Below, piece by piece: positions 29,587 through 37,748 of a DNA stretch of 64,000 nucleotides (the first letter of the stretch is position 1; each line of letters opens with the position of its first letter). The translations under genes were made by a program, and so were the position numbers. Location of the stretch: assembly GCA_038227875.1 (NCBI GenBank), contig JBBRPR010000026.1, positions 1 to 64,000 of the forward strand. Reading direction: 5' to 3'. Source of the DNA: Planctomycetota bacterium (GTDB taxonomy: Bacteria > Planctomycetota > SZUA-567 > H5-PLA8). The notes below the pieces were generated by a model. It saw nothing but the letters and a program-made list of their open reading frames with translations. It was not told the DNA's origin and did not search any database.

Positions 29587-30972
29587 ACCGCTAAATGTGG
29601 CATTAACTGCACTGAAGAAGGCCCGCGCCTTATGCAGCGTCTCGTCGTATTCCCGCTCGGGATCCGAATCCGCGACGATGCCGCTGCCGGCGTGGTACTG
29701 AACGGTACCTGTAACAGTATCGTGCACGGCGGTGCGGATGGCGATGTTCAATTCCATGTCGCCGTTGACTCCCAGCCAGCCGATCGAACCGCAGTAGATG
29801 CCGCGCGGATCGGGCTCGAGTTCCTGGATGATCTGCATCGCGCGTATTTTTGGCGCGCCGGTGATCGAGCCTCCGGGAAACGTGGCGCGCAGCAGCGACG
29901 CCGGACCGCAGCGCGGTCGCAAGCGTCCGGTGACGGTCGCGACGCGGTGGTAGAGCGTGGGCAGTGTTTCGATCGCTCCGGCGCTCTCGACCTGGACGGA
30001 GCCGTATTCGCAGACGCGGCCCAGGTCGTGGCGTTCGACGTCGATGATCATGTTGAGTTCGGCGCGCTCTTTTTCGCTCTGCGCCAGTTCGAGTTCGGCG
30101 GCGGCATTTGCTTCCGCATTTTGGGTTCGCGGGCGAGTGCCCTTGATTGGACGCGTCGTTACCGTTCGTCCTCGCACGCTGAGGAAAAGTTCCGGCGAGA
30201 TGCTGCAGACCGCGTGGTCATTCCCAACCAGACCACTTCCCAGGAAGGCGCCGTATGCGGCGGGACTTTCCGCACGCAGACGCAGGTAAAGTTTTGCCGA
30301 GGCCCTGTCGCCGGACTCCCAGGGCACGGAAAAACGTTGTGCAAGATTAAGTTGATATATGTCTCCCTCATTGATGTATTTCAGCGCACGTCCAACAGTT
30401 GCTCGATATGCACGACTTGAGAGATTCGAAATAGCGGTGCGCGATGCAATGTCGTTCATCGTGAACATGGCGGGAATTGCAGACGCAAATTGCTCTATGA
30501 ACAATGGGACCCTGGCCGCAAGTTCTTCCGCAGGTGTTCCGTCCAGCGACACCATTCCGACCCACCATGTTTTTTGCGAGTGGTTATATGCGAGCACAGC
30601 ATCGAAAAAGTTCAATCGTAGAGAAGGACATTGACGCATCCCAAGTGTGGCATTATCAAAGCTGAGAAATCCGATCCACCCACCGCAAAAGGGTGGCGCC
30701 GCGGGAATAATTGGCTGGCCGCGGGACACAATTTTTAGCTGACGTGTTATGTGATATAGACCGGAATCTTCATACGTCGGGAGTTCCAAATGGTGTAGAG
30801 GTTTAACAGCGAAATAGCTCCAACCGGTCGCGTCACCGGAATCCAGCCAACACAGATTCGTAAAGCTGGATTGAGCCGCAAATAACTGCAGCGGAGTCAG
30901 GTTTTTCAAGGGACCCGAATCAACCGGCCATGCCACTATTGAATTGGATTGAGCGGACAACTTTTTGGACAT
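29584..30972 (-). CDS. pabB: Aminodeoxychorismate synthase component I (PabB/TrpE family)
   Basis: GDIYQLNL, SPELF, PIKGT (PabB-type), EKERAELNMI, FPGGSITGAPK, NIAIRT, GSGIVADS. Confidence 0.82.
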   Translation of the reverse strand: MSKKLSAQSNSIVAWPVDSGPLKNLTPLQLFAAQSSFTNLCWLDSGDATGWSYFAVKPLHHLELPTYEDSGLYHITRQLKIVSRGQPIIPAAPPFCGGWIGFLSFDNATLGMRQCPSLRLNFFDAVLAYNHSQKTWWVGMVSLDGTPAEELAARVPLFIEQFASAIPAMFTMNDIASRTAISNLSSRAYRATVGRALKYINEGDIYQLNLAQRFSVPWESGDRASAKLYLRLRAESPAAYGAFLGSGLVGNDHAVCSISPELFLSVRGRTVTTRPIKGTRPRTQNAEANAAAELELAQSEKERAELNMIIDVERHDLGRVCEYGSVQVESAGAIETLPTLYHRVATVTGRLRPRCGPASLLRATFPGGSITGAPKIRAMQIIQELEPDPRGIYCGSIGWLGVNGDMELNIAIRTAVHDTVTGTVQYHAGSGIVADSDPEREYDETLHKARAFFSAVNATFSG

Positions 30973-31237
30973 GGCTCGACCGAAGAGAGTTTATTTTACG
31001 ATGGTTCTGGCAAGCGCGATGCTTGTCAACATAAAGATGAGTGACTCAAGGAACATGTGTTGCAAAACGCAGGACACTCGATAGGTCGGTTGCTAGTTGG
31101 GTTGTGAACTTGCAAGTTTTTGTCTCATTTGGGCTTGCAAGAATTTAAGCGGTTGACAAGCGGAGCGCTTTTGAGTCTAACTTCGGCTCATTAATTAATT
31201 CCTAAGGCGTAGTCCGCAAGTCCGGAGGAGTACTGTC

Positions 31238-31882
31238 ATGGCGAAACGCAAACCACGCGGTCGTTCACGTCAAGGTCTCGTTGCCGAACAGGCAGCGGCA
31301 TATGGCGTGTCCGTGCCCACGGAACCCTCGGCATCGGACCGGTTTCTCTCGCCCAACGACATTGGTAAAATTCTCAACGTCACCGGTGAGGCTGTGAAAC
31401 AGTGGATCTATCACCGCCGCCTGCCTGCCGTGAAACTGGCCAACGGGTACTGGAAAGTGAAAGTCGTCGACTTCGAGAATTTTCTCAAAGCGAGACACGA
31501 AGTGGGACGGCGCCGTATTCTGATCACCGACAGCAAGACCGGTTCGATGGGTGAAGTGGTCCAGGCCGTTGAAAAGCTGGGGCATCAGGCCGTCACTGCG
31601 CATAATTACGCCGACGCGCTGCTCAAGTCGCTGGATCATTATCCGGCTCTGTTCGTGCTCAATTTGTCCCTGAAGGAAGTAGAGCCCTGGAAACTGGCCG
31701 AGAAAATCCGCGGCACCAAGGCGCTGCGCAAATTCCCGATTCTCCTGGTCGCCGACGCGGATTTGACCGACGTCGATGCCGAACGCGCGCTGAAGCTTTC
31801 TGCGCAGGGATTTCTTAAGCGTCCTCTCGATGTGGAAGATCTCGTCCGCGAGATCGAGCGGATCATCAGCCGCACCAACTGA
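31238..31882 (+). CDS. Excisionase-type HTH fused to an atypical receiver domain
   Basis: LSPNDIGKILNV..VKQWI..LPAVKL..GYWKV; CheY-like fold pattern; GGAGGAG RBS. Confidence 0.85.
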   Translation: MAKRKPRGRSRQGLVAEQAAAYGVSVPTEPSASDRFLSPNDIGKILNVTGEAVKQWIYHRRLPAVKLANGYWKVKVVDFENFLKARHEVGRRRILITDSKTGSMGEVVQAVEKLGHQAVTAHNYADALLKSLDHYPALFVLNLSLKEVEPWKLAEKIRGTKALRKFPILLVADADLTDVDAERALKLSAQGFLKRPLDVEDLVREIERIISRTN

Positions 31883-32019
31883 CGACGGTGTTACGGCGTG
31901 TTGAAAAGCTTCCGGAAAGAATGAATTTTCCTGTCTTTCATTCGTCTCCTGTATTCAGTAGACTTCGGCCTGTCGGCATGCTGCCGGCACATCGCTGCTG
32001 AATAGCTGGAGGCCACACC

Positions 32020-32736
32020 ATGTCGCGCTCCGCGACTCGCTTTTTGTTGCTCTTTGCCCTGCCGTTGCTGTGTATGACGGTGAACACCGCCTTTGCCGAA
32101 GTCGCCGGAACCACGCGCTCCCGGACGGCGAAGTTCGCCGACGATCTCGCGGCGGCCTGGAACGATTTTCCCAAAGACAATCAAAAGACGGTGCGCGAGC
32201 AGAAGATTGTCGATTTGAACACGACTTTCACGCGTGAAGTCAACTTGATGGAAGTTCCATCCACCGTCACCGTTCAAAAGGCGCTGGATTTCTACATCGA
32301 GAACATTAACCGGACGCGCTCGGTTCTAAAACTGGACAAGATGCAGCCGGAACGGCTGACGTACGCGACCGCATGCGCCTCGGTGTTGCGCCGCGAAATG
32401 TTGCAATCTTCGGATTATAAGACGATTCGCACCACCCAGCAGTGTTTCCAGTTGATGCTTGAAAACCTCGCCAACGCCCGTGACACGCTCCATGCCGTGC
32501 CCAACGAACTGCGGCTGCCTGCTTACCAGGCCATCAATGGCGCGATCGTGGATTTGTTCCGCAATGCCGTCCCTGACAAGTCAGATCCGGCGGTGCAGAT
32601 GGACATCAATCTCAAAGCAGCGCGCGCCAAGTTTCCCATCACCAGTCCTGACCTGGAAGCCACCAACCACATCCTGTTCACGATGATGGAATCCTCCGCC
32701 AAGACGCTTGAACAACAGGCGATGCGCGGGAAGTAA
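32020..32736 (+). CDS. Secreted alpha-helical hypothetical protein
   Basis: GGAGG RBS; signal peptide ending AFA. Confidence 0.75.
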   Translation: MSRSATRFLLLFALPLLCMTVNTAFAEVAGTTRSRTAKFADDLAAAWNDFPKDNQKTVREQKIVDLNTTFTREVNLMEVPSTVTVQKALDFYIENINRTRSVLKLDKMQPERLTYATACASVLRREMLQSSDYKTIRTTQQCFQLMLENLANARDTLHAVPNELRLPAYQAINGAIVDLFRNAVPDKSDPAVQMDINLKAARAKFPITSPDLEATNHILFTMMESSAKTLEQQAMRGK

Positions 32737-32741
32737 ATTCT

Positions 32742-33428
32742 CTACGGACGGCGCGGGACCGCGCGCTGCCGGATCTGGTAAGCCGCAATCCCGAACGCCA
32801 CCGCCACATTCAACGACGATTTGACGCCGTGCATCGGCAAGTGACAGACGATGTCCGCCTTGCCCAGCGTCTCCACTGAAACTCCAGCCACCTCGTTTCC
32901 AACGACCAGGCAGAGCGGGGTGCGAATGCGGTCCTGCTCCAGCGCCTCCGTCAAATCGACGCTTTCTTCGGTACGCTCCAGTGCAACGATTTGAACTCGT
33001 TCCGCGATGAGTGCCGGTAGAATCTCCAGCGCGTGCGCGTGATGCTCCCAGCTCACATGTTCCTCCGCGCCCAGGCTGGTTTTCGCCAGCGCCTTGTTCG
33101 GCGGCGTGCCGGTGATGCCGCAGAGAAAAAGTTGTCCGAATCCTGCCCCGTCGGCGCTCCTGAAGATGGAGCCGACGTTCCACAGGCTGCGGATGTCTTC
33201 GAGCAATGCGCGATACGGAGCCGGAGGCTGATTCAAAGCAGGCGAACCCGCAGCTGCCGCGCGCCGTTCAGCCTGCAGTGCGTGCTGGCGTTCGATGGCC
33301 AGTAGCACGTCGAGTGACCTGAATGTGATCACCTGGCCACAAACAGGACACGGTCCGTTCTTGCCCTGCCGATCGTCGGCGACTTCAAAGGTGTGTTTGC
33401 ACGAGGGATTGGGACAGCGTGTGAGCAT
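32742..33428 (-). CDS. TrmH/SpoU family RNA 2'-O-methyltransferase with N-terminal Zn ribbon
   Basis: NVGSIFRSAD, VGNEVAGV, LPMHGVKSSLNVAVA; CPNPSC...CPVC. Confidence 0.9.
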   Translation of the reverse strand: MLTRCPNPSCKHTFEVADDRQGKNGPCPVCGQVITFRSLDVLLAIERQHALQAERRAAAAGSPALNQPPAPYRALLEDIRSLWNVGSIFRSADGAGFGQLFLCGITGTPPNKALAKTSLGAEEHVSWEHHAHALEILPALIAERVQIVALERTEESVDLTEALEQDRIRTPLCLVVGNEVAGVSVETLGKADIVCHLPMHGVKSSLNVAVAFGIAAYQIRQRAVPRRP

Positions 33429-33527
33429 CAACGTCCTTCAAATTCGAGTTTGGAATTCAGTTCCGGAGCAAAGTATGCTATCATCGCACCTGAGTTCCTT
33501 ACTCGTTAGCGAGATGGATCATCATAC

Positions 33528-36485
33528 GTGAGCCTCTCCACACGACACAGTAGAATCGTAGCCCCGCCCGCTTGCCCCGCCTGCGGTGAAGCCCTTCCGG
33601 CTGGCGCACAATTCTGCCCCGGTTGCGGCCGCGCCGTCAAGCCACTTCGAAGCATGAGCGGCACCGACAGCGCCGTCGGTCCGCGTACCGACAAGCCGCT
33701 GACAGCGATGCCGTCGCCGACCGAAACGCTCACCGACATCAGTGAAGTCAGCCAGTTCCTGCCGCCGCGTTATCAGCCCATGCGCAAGATCGGACAGGGC
33801 GGGATGGGCACTGTTTATCAGTGCCTCGACAAGGCGCTCGAACGCCAGGTCGCAATCAAGATCATGACCGACCGCTACCGCTCCGATCCGCAGGGCGAGC
33901 GGCGGTTCATGCGCGAAGCCCGCGCACAGGCAATCGTCAATCATCCCAACGTCGCAACGGTTTTGAACTTCGGCGTCTCGCCCGAAGGCCGCTTGTTCCT
34001 GGTGATGGAGTATCTGGAAGGCCAGGACCTGCGCAGCATGATTCGGCAGGAAAAAGTAATGGAGCCGCTGAAGGCCTGCGAACTCCTGCGCCAGACATGC
34101 GAAGGCCTGGAAGAAGCGCACAACGGTGGACTGGTCCATCGCGATCTTAAGCCGTCCAATCTCATGGTTGTGAAAGACCATCGCGGCGCTCCGTGGGTGA
34201 AGATCCTCGATTTGGGCCTGGCCAAAATCATCGGCGGACAGACGGACCTCAAGAGCATCACCGTTGACACCGCGGGCTTGTTGATCGGTACGCCCGCGTA
34301 CATGTCGCCGGAGCAGGTCGCCGGCGCCACCGTCGACGGGCGCGCGGACATCTATTCGCTCGGCGTCGTCTTTTTTGAAATGCTGACCGGCCATCTGCCC
34401 TTCGAATCCGAGACGATGGAAGGCTGGCTCTATCAGCATCTCAACACCAAGCCGCCGCCACCCAGCAAAGTTAATCCCGCCATCGCGCGCTACCCGCAGC
34501 TTGACCAGATTGTGCTGTGGATGATTTCCAAGCAGCCACACGAACGCCCCAAGACCGCCGGCGAACTGGCCGTGATGCTGCAGCGGCTGATCGAACGCAA
34601 ACTCGTCGACGGCACGGCCCCGCGCGCGCGCAAGTCCGGTCCGCGCCCGGCGCTTTCGTTCGAAGACAATCCGCCCGCGCGCGGTTCAGGTCCGCGGCCG
34701 GCGATGCTGATCCTCAACGATCTGCCGCCGCCGCCGCCCGATCCGGGGCAGACGCCGGAAAATGCGCGCAAGGGCGAGAGCAGCGGTGGCGGCACCGAGA
34801 TCATGCGCCAGCGCAACATGGAATACGCGCAATGCGCCAAGGCCGCGGAAAAAGCGGAGTCCGAACGCAATTGGGAAGATGCGCTCGAAGCATGGCAGAA
34901 AGCCGCGGGTTTGGCCGAAGATCCAGACAAGGCCCGTGAACACGCTGAAGTCTGCCGCCGCGAAATTTCAATGCAGAGCCAGATTGCCGTCGTCGACGAA
35001 GCTGTCTCCACGGGAAGCTGGGAAAAAGCCGAACACGTGCTGGGCCGCCTGAGCGCCGCGCGACCCAACGATCCACGCATCGAACAGATGAAAGCGCGAC
35101 TTTCCCGTCGACTGGTGGTTTCGTGGCTGAAGATGGCCGACGATCGCATCATGGCTCTGCCCGAAGGTGATTTGCGCCAGGCGTTGCTCGAGCGTCTGGG
35201 TATCGCGCATGCACAATCCGGCAACATGGCCGAGGCGCTGAATATCCTGCAGGGTGCGTCGCGCAAAATTGAATCGCGCGTCGTGGGACTCGCTCAGGCC
35301 ATCGTCGAAGCCATTCATCACGGCCACACCGACGGCTTGCGTCCGTATTTGGAACGCGCCAGCGCCGCCGCGGCCAGCCTTACCGATCCCGCTGAACGCG
35401 GGCGCGCCTGCCTGGAAGTTGGATTGTCGTACACCGCCTATGGCGATCAAGGCGGCGCGGCCTCTGCCTTTCAGAACGCCCTTGCCGCATATAGCGAAGC
35501 GCACACCAAGGGCATTCCCATGCAGGCGTTCTCGAAGAAGAACACCACCGGGATGCTGCGCCGCCCGTCCGCGGAGATGATGCGCTCGATTGCGCTCAGT
35601 ACGACCACCAACATCAACAGCCCGAAGTCGGTGAAGGCAAGTTGGGAGTCGGCCATCGGCGTCGTCGCTCAGGCGCAGGCCGATGCGGGCCTCGTCGAAG
35701 ACAGCCTTGCCACCGCGGCGATGATCGAAGATCCGTGGACGCTCTCGCATTCGCTCTCGCAGGTCGCGCAGGTCTTGGCCAAGACCGGGCGTAGCGTCGA
35801 AGCCGAACGCGTTACCGCGCAGATTACTTTTTCGCTGCCCAAGACGCAGGCGTTGCGCGCGCTGGCCGTCTCGCGCATTTACCGCGGCGACTTGAATGGC
35901 GCGGAAGAAACGTTCAAGAACATCAACACGCCCAGCGATCGCATTCAGCTTCAGGGCCTGCTCGCCACCGCGTGGGCCTTGCGTGGCGACAAGGGCCGCG
36001 CGGAATTCCGCGTTGCCGAAGCGATCAAGTCGATCTCCGACGTCGTCGGCGCGCGCTCGCGTTTTCAGGCGCTGGTCGGCGCGATCGAACCGCTGCTCAA
36101 CGCCGGCTTTCACGATCTGGCCGAACCGCTGGTGCGCGAGGCTTCGAAACTCGTCGACTTGATCGACGACGCCGCCGAACGTCTCCGCAGCCTGCTGCAG
36201 ATGGCGCAGGTCCAGGAAAACGCGCGCAGCGCACGTTTCTCCGCGACGCGGACGATGGTTTTCTCCAACCAGCCCGCACCGGCTCTGATCGATGTGCTCC
36301 GACGCGCGCTGGTGATTCTGCGCCAGGTCCGCCCTGGCCCCGATCGCTTCGAATGCGTCGAACGCCTGGCCTACAACATCGGCACCGCCTCGATGCCCGT
36401 CCTGGCCTCCGAACTCCTCGGCGCCTGCCGCGATGAGGCGGAAGGCGCGGTGATCTATATTGGCTTGAGTTCCGGCGTCGCTTGA
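33528..36485 (+). CDS. Hanks-type Ser/Thr protein kinase with N-terminal Zn ribbon and TPR-like C-terminal region
   Basis: GQGGMGTVY, VAIK, HRDLKPSN, DLG, GTPAYMSPE, DIYSLG; CPACG/CPGCG. Confidence 0.93.
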   Translation: MSLSTRHSRIVAPPACPACGEALPAGAQFCPGCGRAVKPLRSMSGTDSAVGPRTDKPLTAMPSPTETLTDISEVSQFLPPRYQPMRKIGQGGMGTVYQCLDKALERQVAIKIMTDRYRSDPQGERRFMREARAQAIVNHPNVATVLNFGVSPEGRLFLVMEYLEGQDLRSMIRQEKVMEPLKACELLRQTCEGLEEAHNGGLVHRDLKPSNLMVVKDHRGAPWVKILDLGLAKIIGGQTDLKSITVDTAGLLIGTPAYMSPEQVAGATVDGRADIYSLGVVFFEMLTGHLPFESETMEGWLYQHLNTKPPPPSKVNPAIARYPQLDQIVLWMISKQPHERPKTAGELAVMLQRLIERKLVDGTAPRARKSGPRPALSFEDNPPARGSGPRPAMLILNDLPPPPPDPGQTPENARKGESSGGGTEIMRQRNMEYAQCAKAAEKAESERNWEDALEAWQKAAGLAEDPDKAREHAEVCRREISMQSQIAVVDEAVSTGSWEKAEHVLGRLSAARPNDPRIEQMKARLSRRLVVSWLKMADDRIMALPEGDLRQALLERLGIAHAQSGNMAEALNILQGASRKIESRVVGLAQAIVEAIHHGHTDGLRPYLERASAAAASLTDPAERGRACLEVGLSYTAYGDQGGAASAFQNALAAYSEAHTKGIPMQAFSKKNTTGMLRRPSAEMMRSIALSTTTNINSPKSVKASWESAIGVVAQAQADAGLVEDSLATAAMIEDPWTLSHSLSQVAQVLAKTGRSVEAERVTAQITFSLPKTQALRALAVSRIYRGDLNGAEETFKNINTPSDRIQLQGLLATAWALRGDKGRAEFRVAEAIKSISDVVGARSRFQALVGAIEPLLNAGFHDLAEPLVREASKLVDLIDDAAERLRSLLQMAQVQENARSARFSATRTMVFSNQPAPALIDVLRRALVILRQVRPGPDRFECVERLAYNIGTASMPVLASELLGACRDEAEGAVIYIGLSSGVA

Positions 36486-36594
36486 ACGTTCCGAGAACAC
36501 CCAATCGCAATCAGAAAACGCACAGCTCTTTAGAGCGTGCTGACGCGCGCGGTGATTTCGGTTATTCTGAAATGCTGACCCCACGGAGATTGAA

Positions 36595-37626
36595 ATGAGC
36601 AAGCCGACCATTCTTCTCGACCCGCATCCGCGTACCGTTCCGTTGATCTTCAGTGAAGAGGACCGCCGCCGCTTGGAAGCCGTCGGCACGGTGATTTACC
36701 CCGAGACCCAGCGCGTCACCGACGCGTTTATCGATGCGCATCTGCCGCAGGCTACGGCGCTGATTGGCCAGACCTCGCTGCCGAAGGAACGCCTCAACAA
36801 GGCGCCGAACCTGCGCGCGATCTTCAATGTTGAAGGCAATTTTCTGCCGAACATCGATTACGACGAATGCCATCGCCGCAACATTCATGTGCTCGCATGC
36901 GGTCCCGCGTTTTCTGGAGCCGTCGCCGAGTCGGCGCTCGGAATGGCGCTGGCCAGCGCGCGCGGCATCGTCTCCCATGACGCGCAATTCCGCAGCGGCA
37001 CGGAACTCTGGGGTGGCGCCTCCAATACGGAGTCGTTCCTGATCAAAGGTAAGACCATCGGCCTGATCGGCTGCGGCAATGTCGGCCGCGCGCTGCTGCC
37101 GTTCCTGCGCCCGTTCAGCAACGAAATCATCGTCCACGATCCGTGGCTGCACACGCACCTGCTGGAAGAATTGAACGTGAAGCCCGTGAGCTTGGACGAA
37201 ATCCTGACGCGCGCGCGCGTGCTCTTCGTCATGTCCGCGACGACCACGGAGAACAAGCACGGGCTGGGCAAGGAACACTTCGCGAAAATGCAAAAGGGTT
37301 CGATCCTGGTTCTCGTCGGCCGCTCGGAAACCGTGGATTTTGATGCGCTGCTCGATGCCGCCGCCTCCGGCCATCTGCGCGTCGCCACGGACGTCTTCCC
37401 CAGCGAACCGCTGCCGAAAGACCACCGCGCCCGCTCGACGCCGAACACAATTCTCTCCGCGCACCGCGCCGGCGGCATTCCGGAAACCTATCAGCTCATC
37501 GGCCGCCTGGTCGTCGACGACCTCGAACTGATCCTCCGCGGCCTCCCGCCCCAGCGCATGCAGAAAGCCATCCCCGAAACCGTCGCGCGTTACCGCGGCA
37601 AGCCCGTGGACGGCCCGGACAAATGA
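36595..37626 (+). CDS. D-isomer-specific 2-hydroxyacid dehydrogenase
   Basis: IGLIGCGNVG, HDPW, VGR, DVFPSEP, SAHRAG. Confidence 0.9.
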   Translation: MSKPTILLDPHPRTVPLIFSEEDRRRLEAVGTVIYPETQRVTDAFIDAHLPQATALIGQTSLPKERLNKAPNLRAIFNVEGNFLPNIDYDECHRRNIHVLACGPAFSGAVAESALGMALASARGIVSHDAQFRSGTELWGGASNTESFLIKGKTIGLIGCGNVGRALLPFLRPFSNEIIVHDPWLHTHLLEELNVKPVSLDEILTRARVLFVMSATTTENKHGLGKEHFAKMQKGSILVLVGRSETVDFDALLDAAASGHLRVATDVFPSEPLPKDHRARSTPNTILSAHRAGGIPETYQLIGRLVVDDLELILRGLPPQRMQKAIPETVARYRGKPVDGPDK

Positions 37627-37664
37627 GGACTGAGGACTGAGGACTGAGGACTGAGGACTGAGGA
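37624..37664 (+). repeat. Perfect heptamer array (TGAGGAC)x5 plus partial
   Basis: Starts at the TGA stop codon of the dehydrogenase. Confidence 0.95.
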
Positions 37665-37693
37665 AAAAACTCCCCGCTGGCGCGGGGAGTTTT
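37665..37693. terminator. Intrinsic terminator
   Basis: AAAACTCCCCGC-TGGC-GCGGGGAGTTTT. Confidence 0.85.
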
Positions 37694-37748
37694 GTTAACG
37701 AACTATTTTTAAGAGCGAAGCGACGCGCCGTAACCTCAGTCCTCGCCG

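Noticed and set aside
28624..30420. 598-aa plus-strand ORF
   Set aside because: Antisense shadow of the pabB/pabC-like genes
31238..31500. Prophage excisionase marking a mobile element
   Set aside because: HTH is fused to a receiver-like domain; no integrase or phage genes nearby
34968..36689. 573-aa minus-strand ORF
   Set aside because: Antisense shadow of the kinase
37624..37664. CRISPR or coding repeat
   Set aside because: Pure 7-nt tandem repeat with no spacers, after a stop codon
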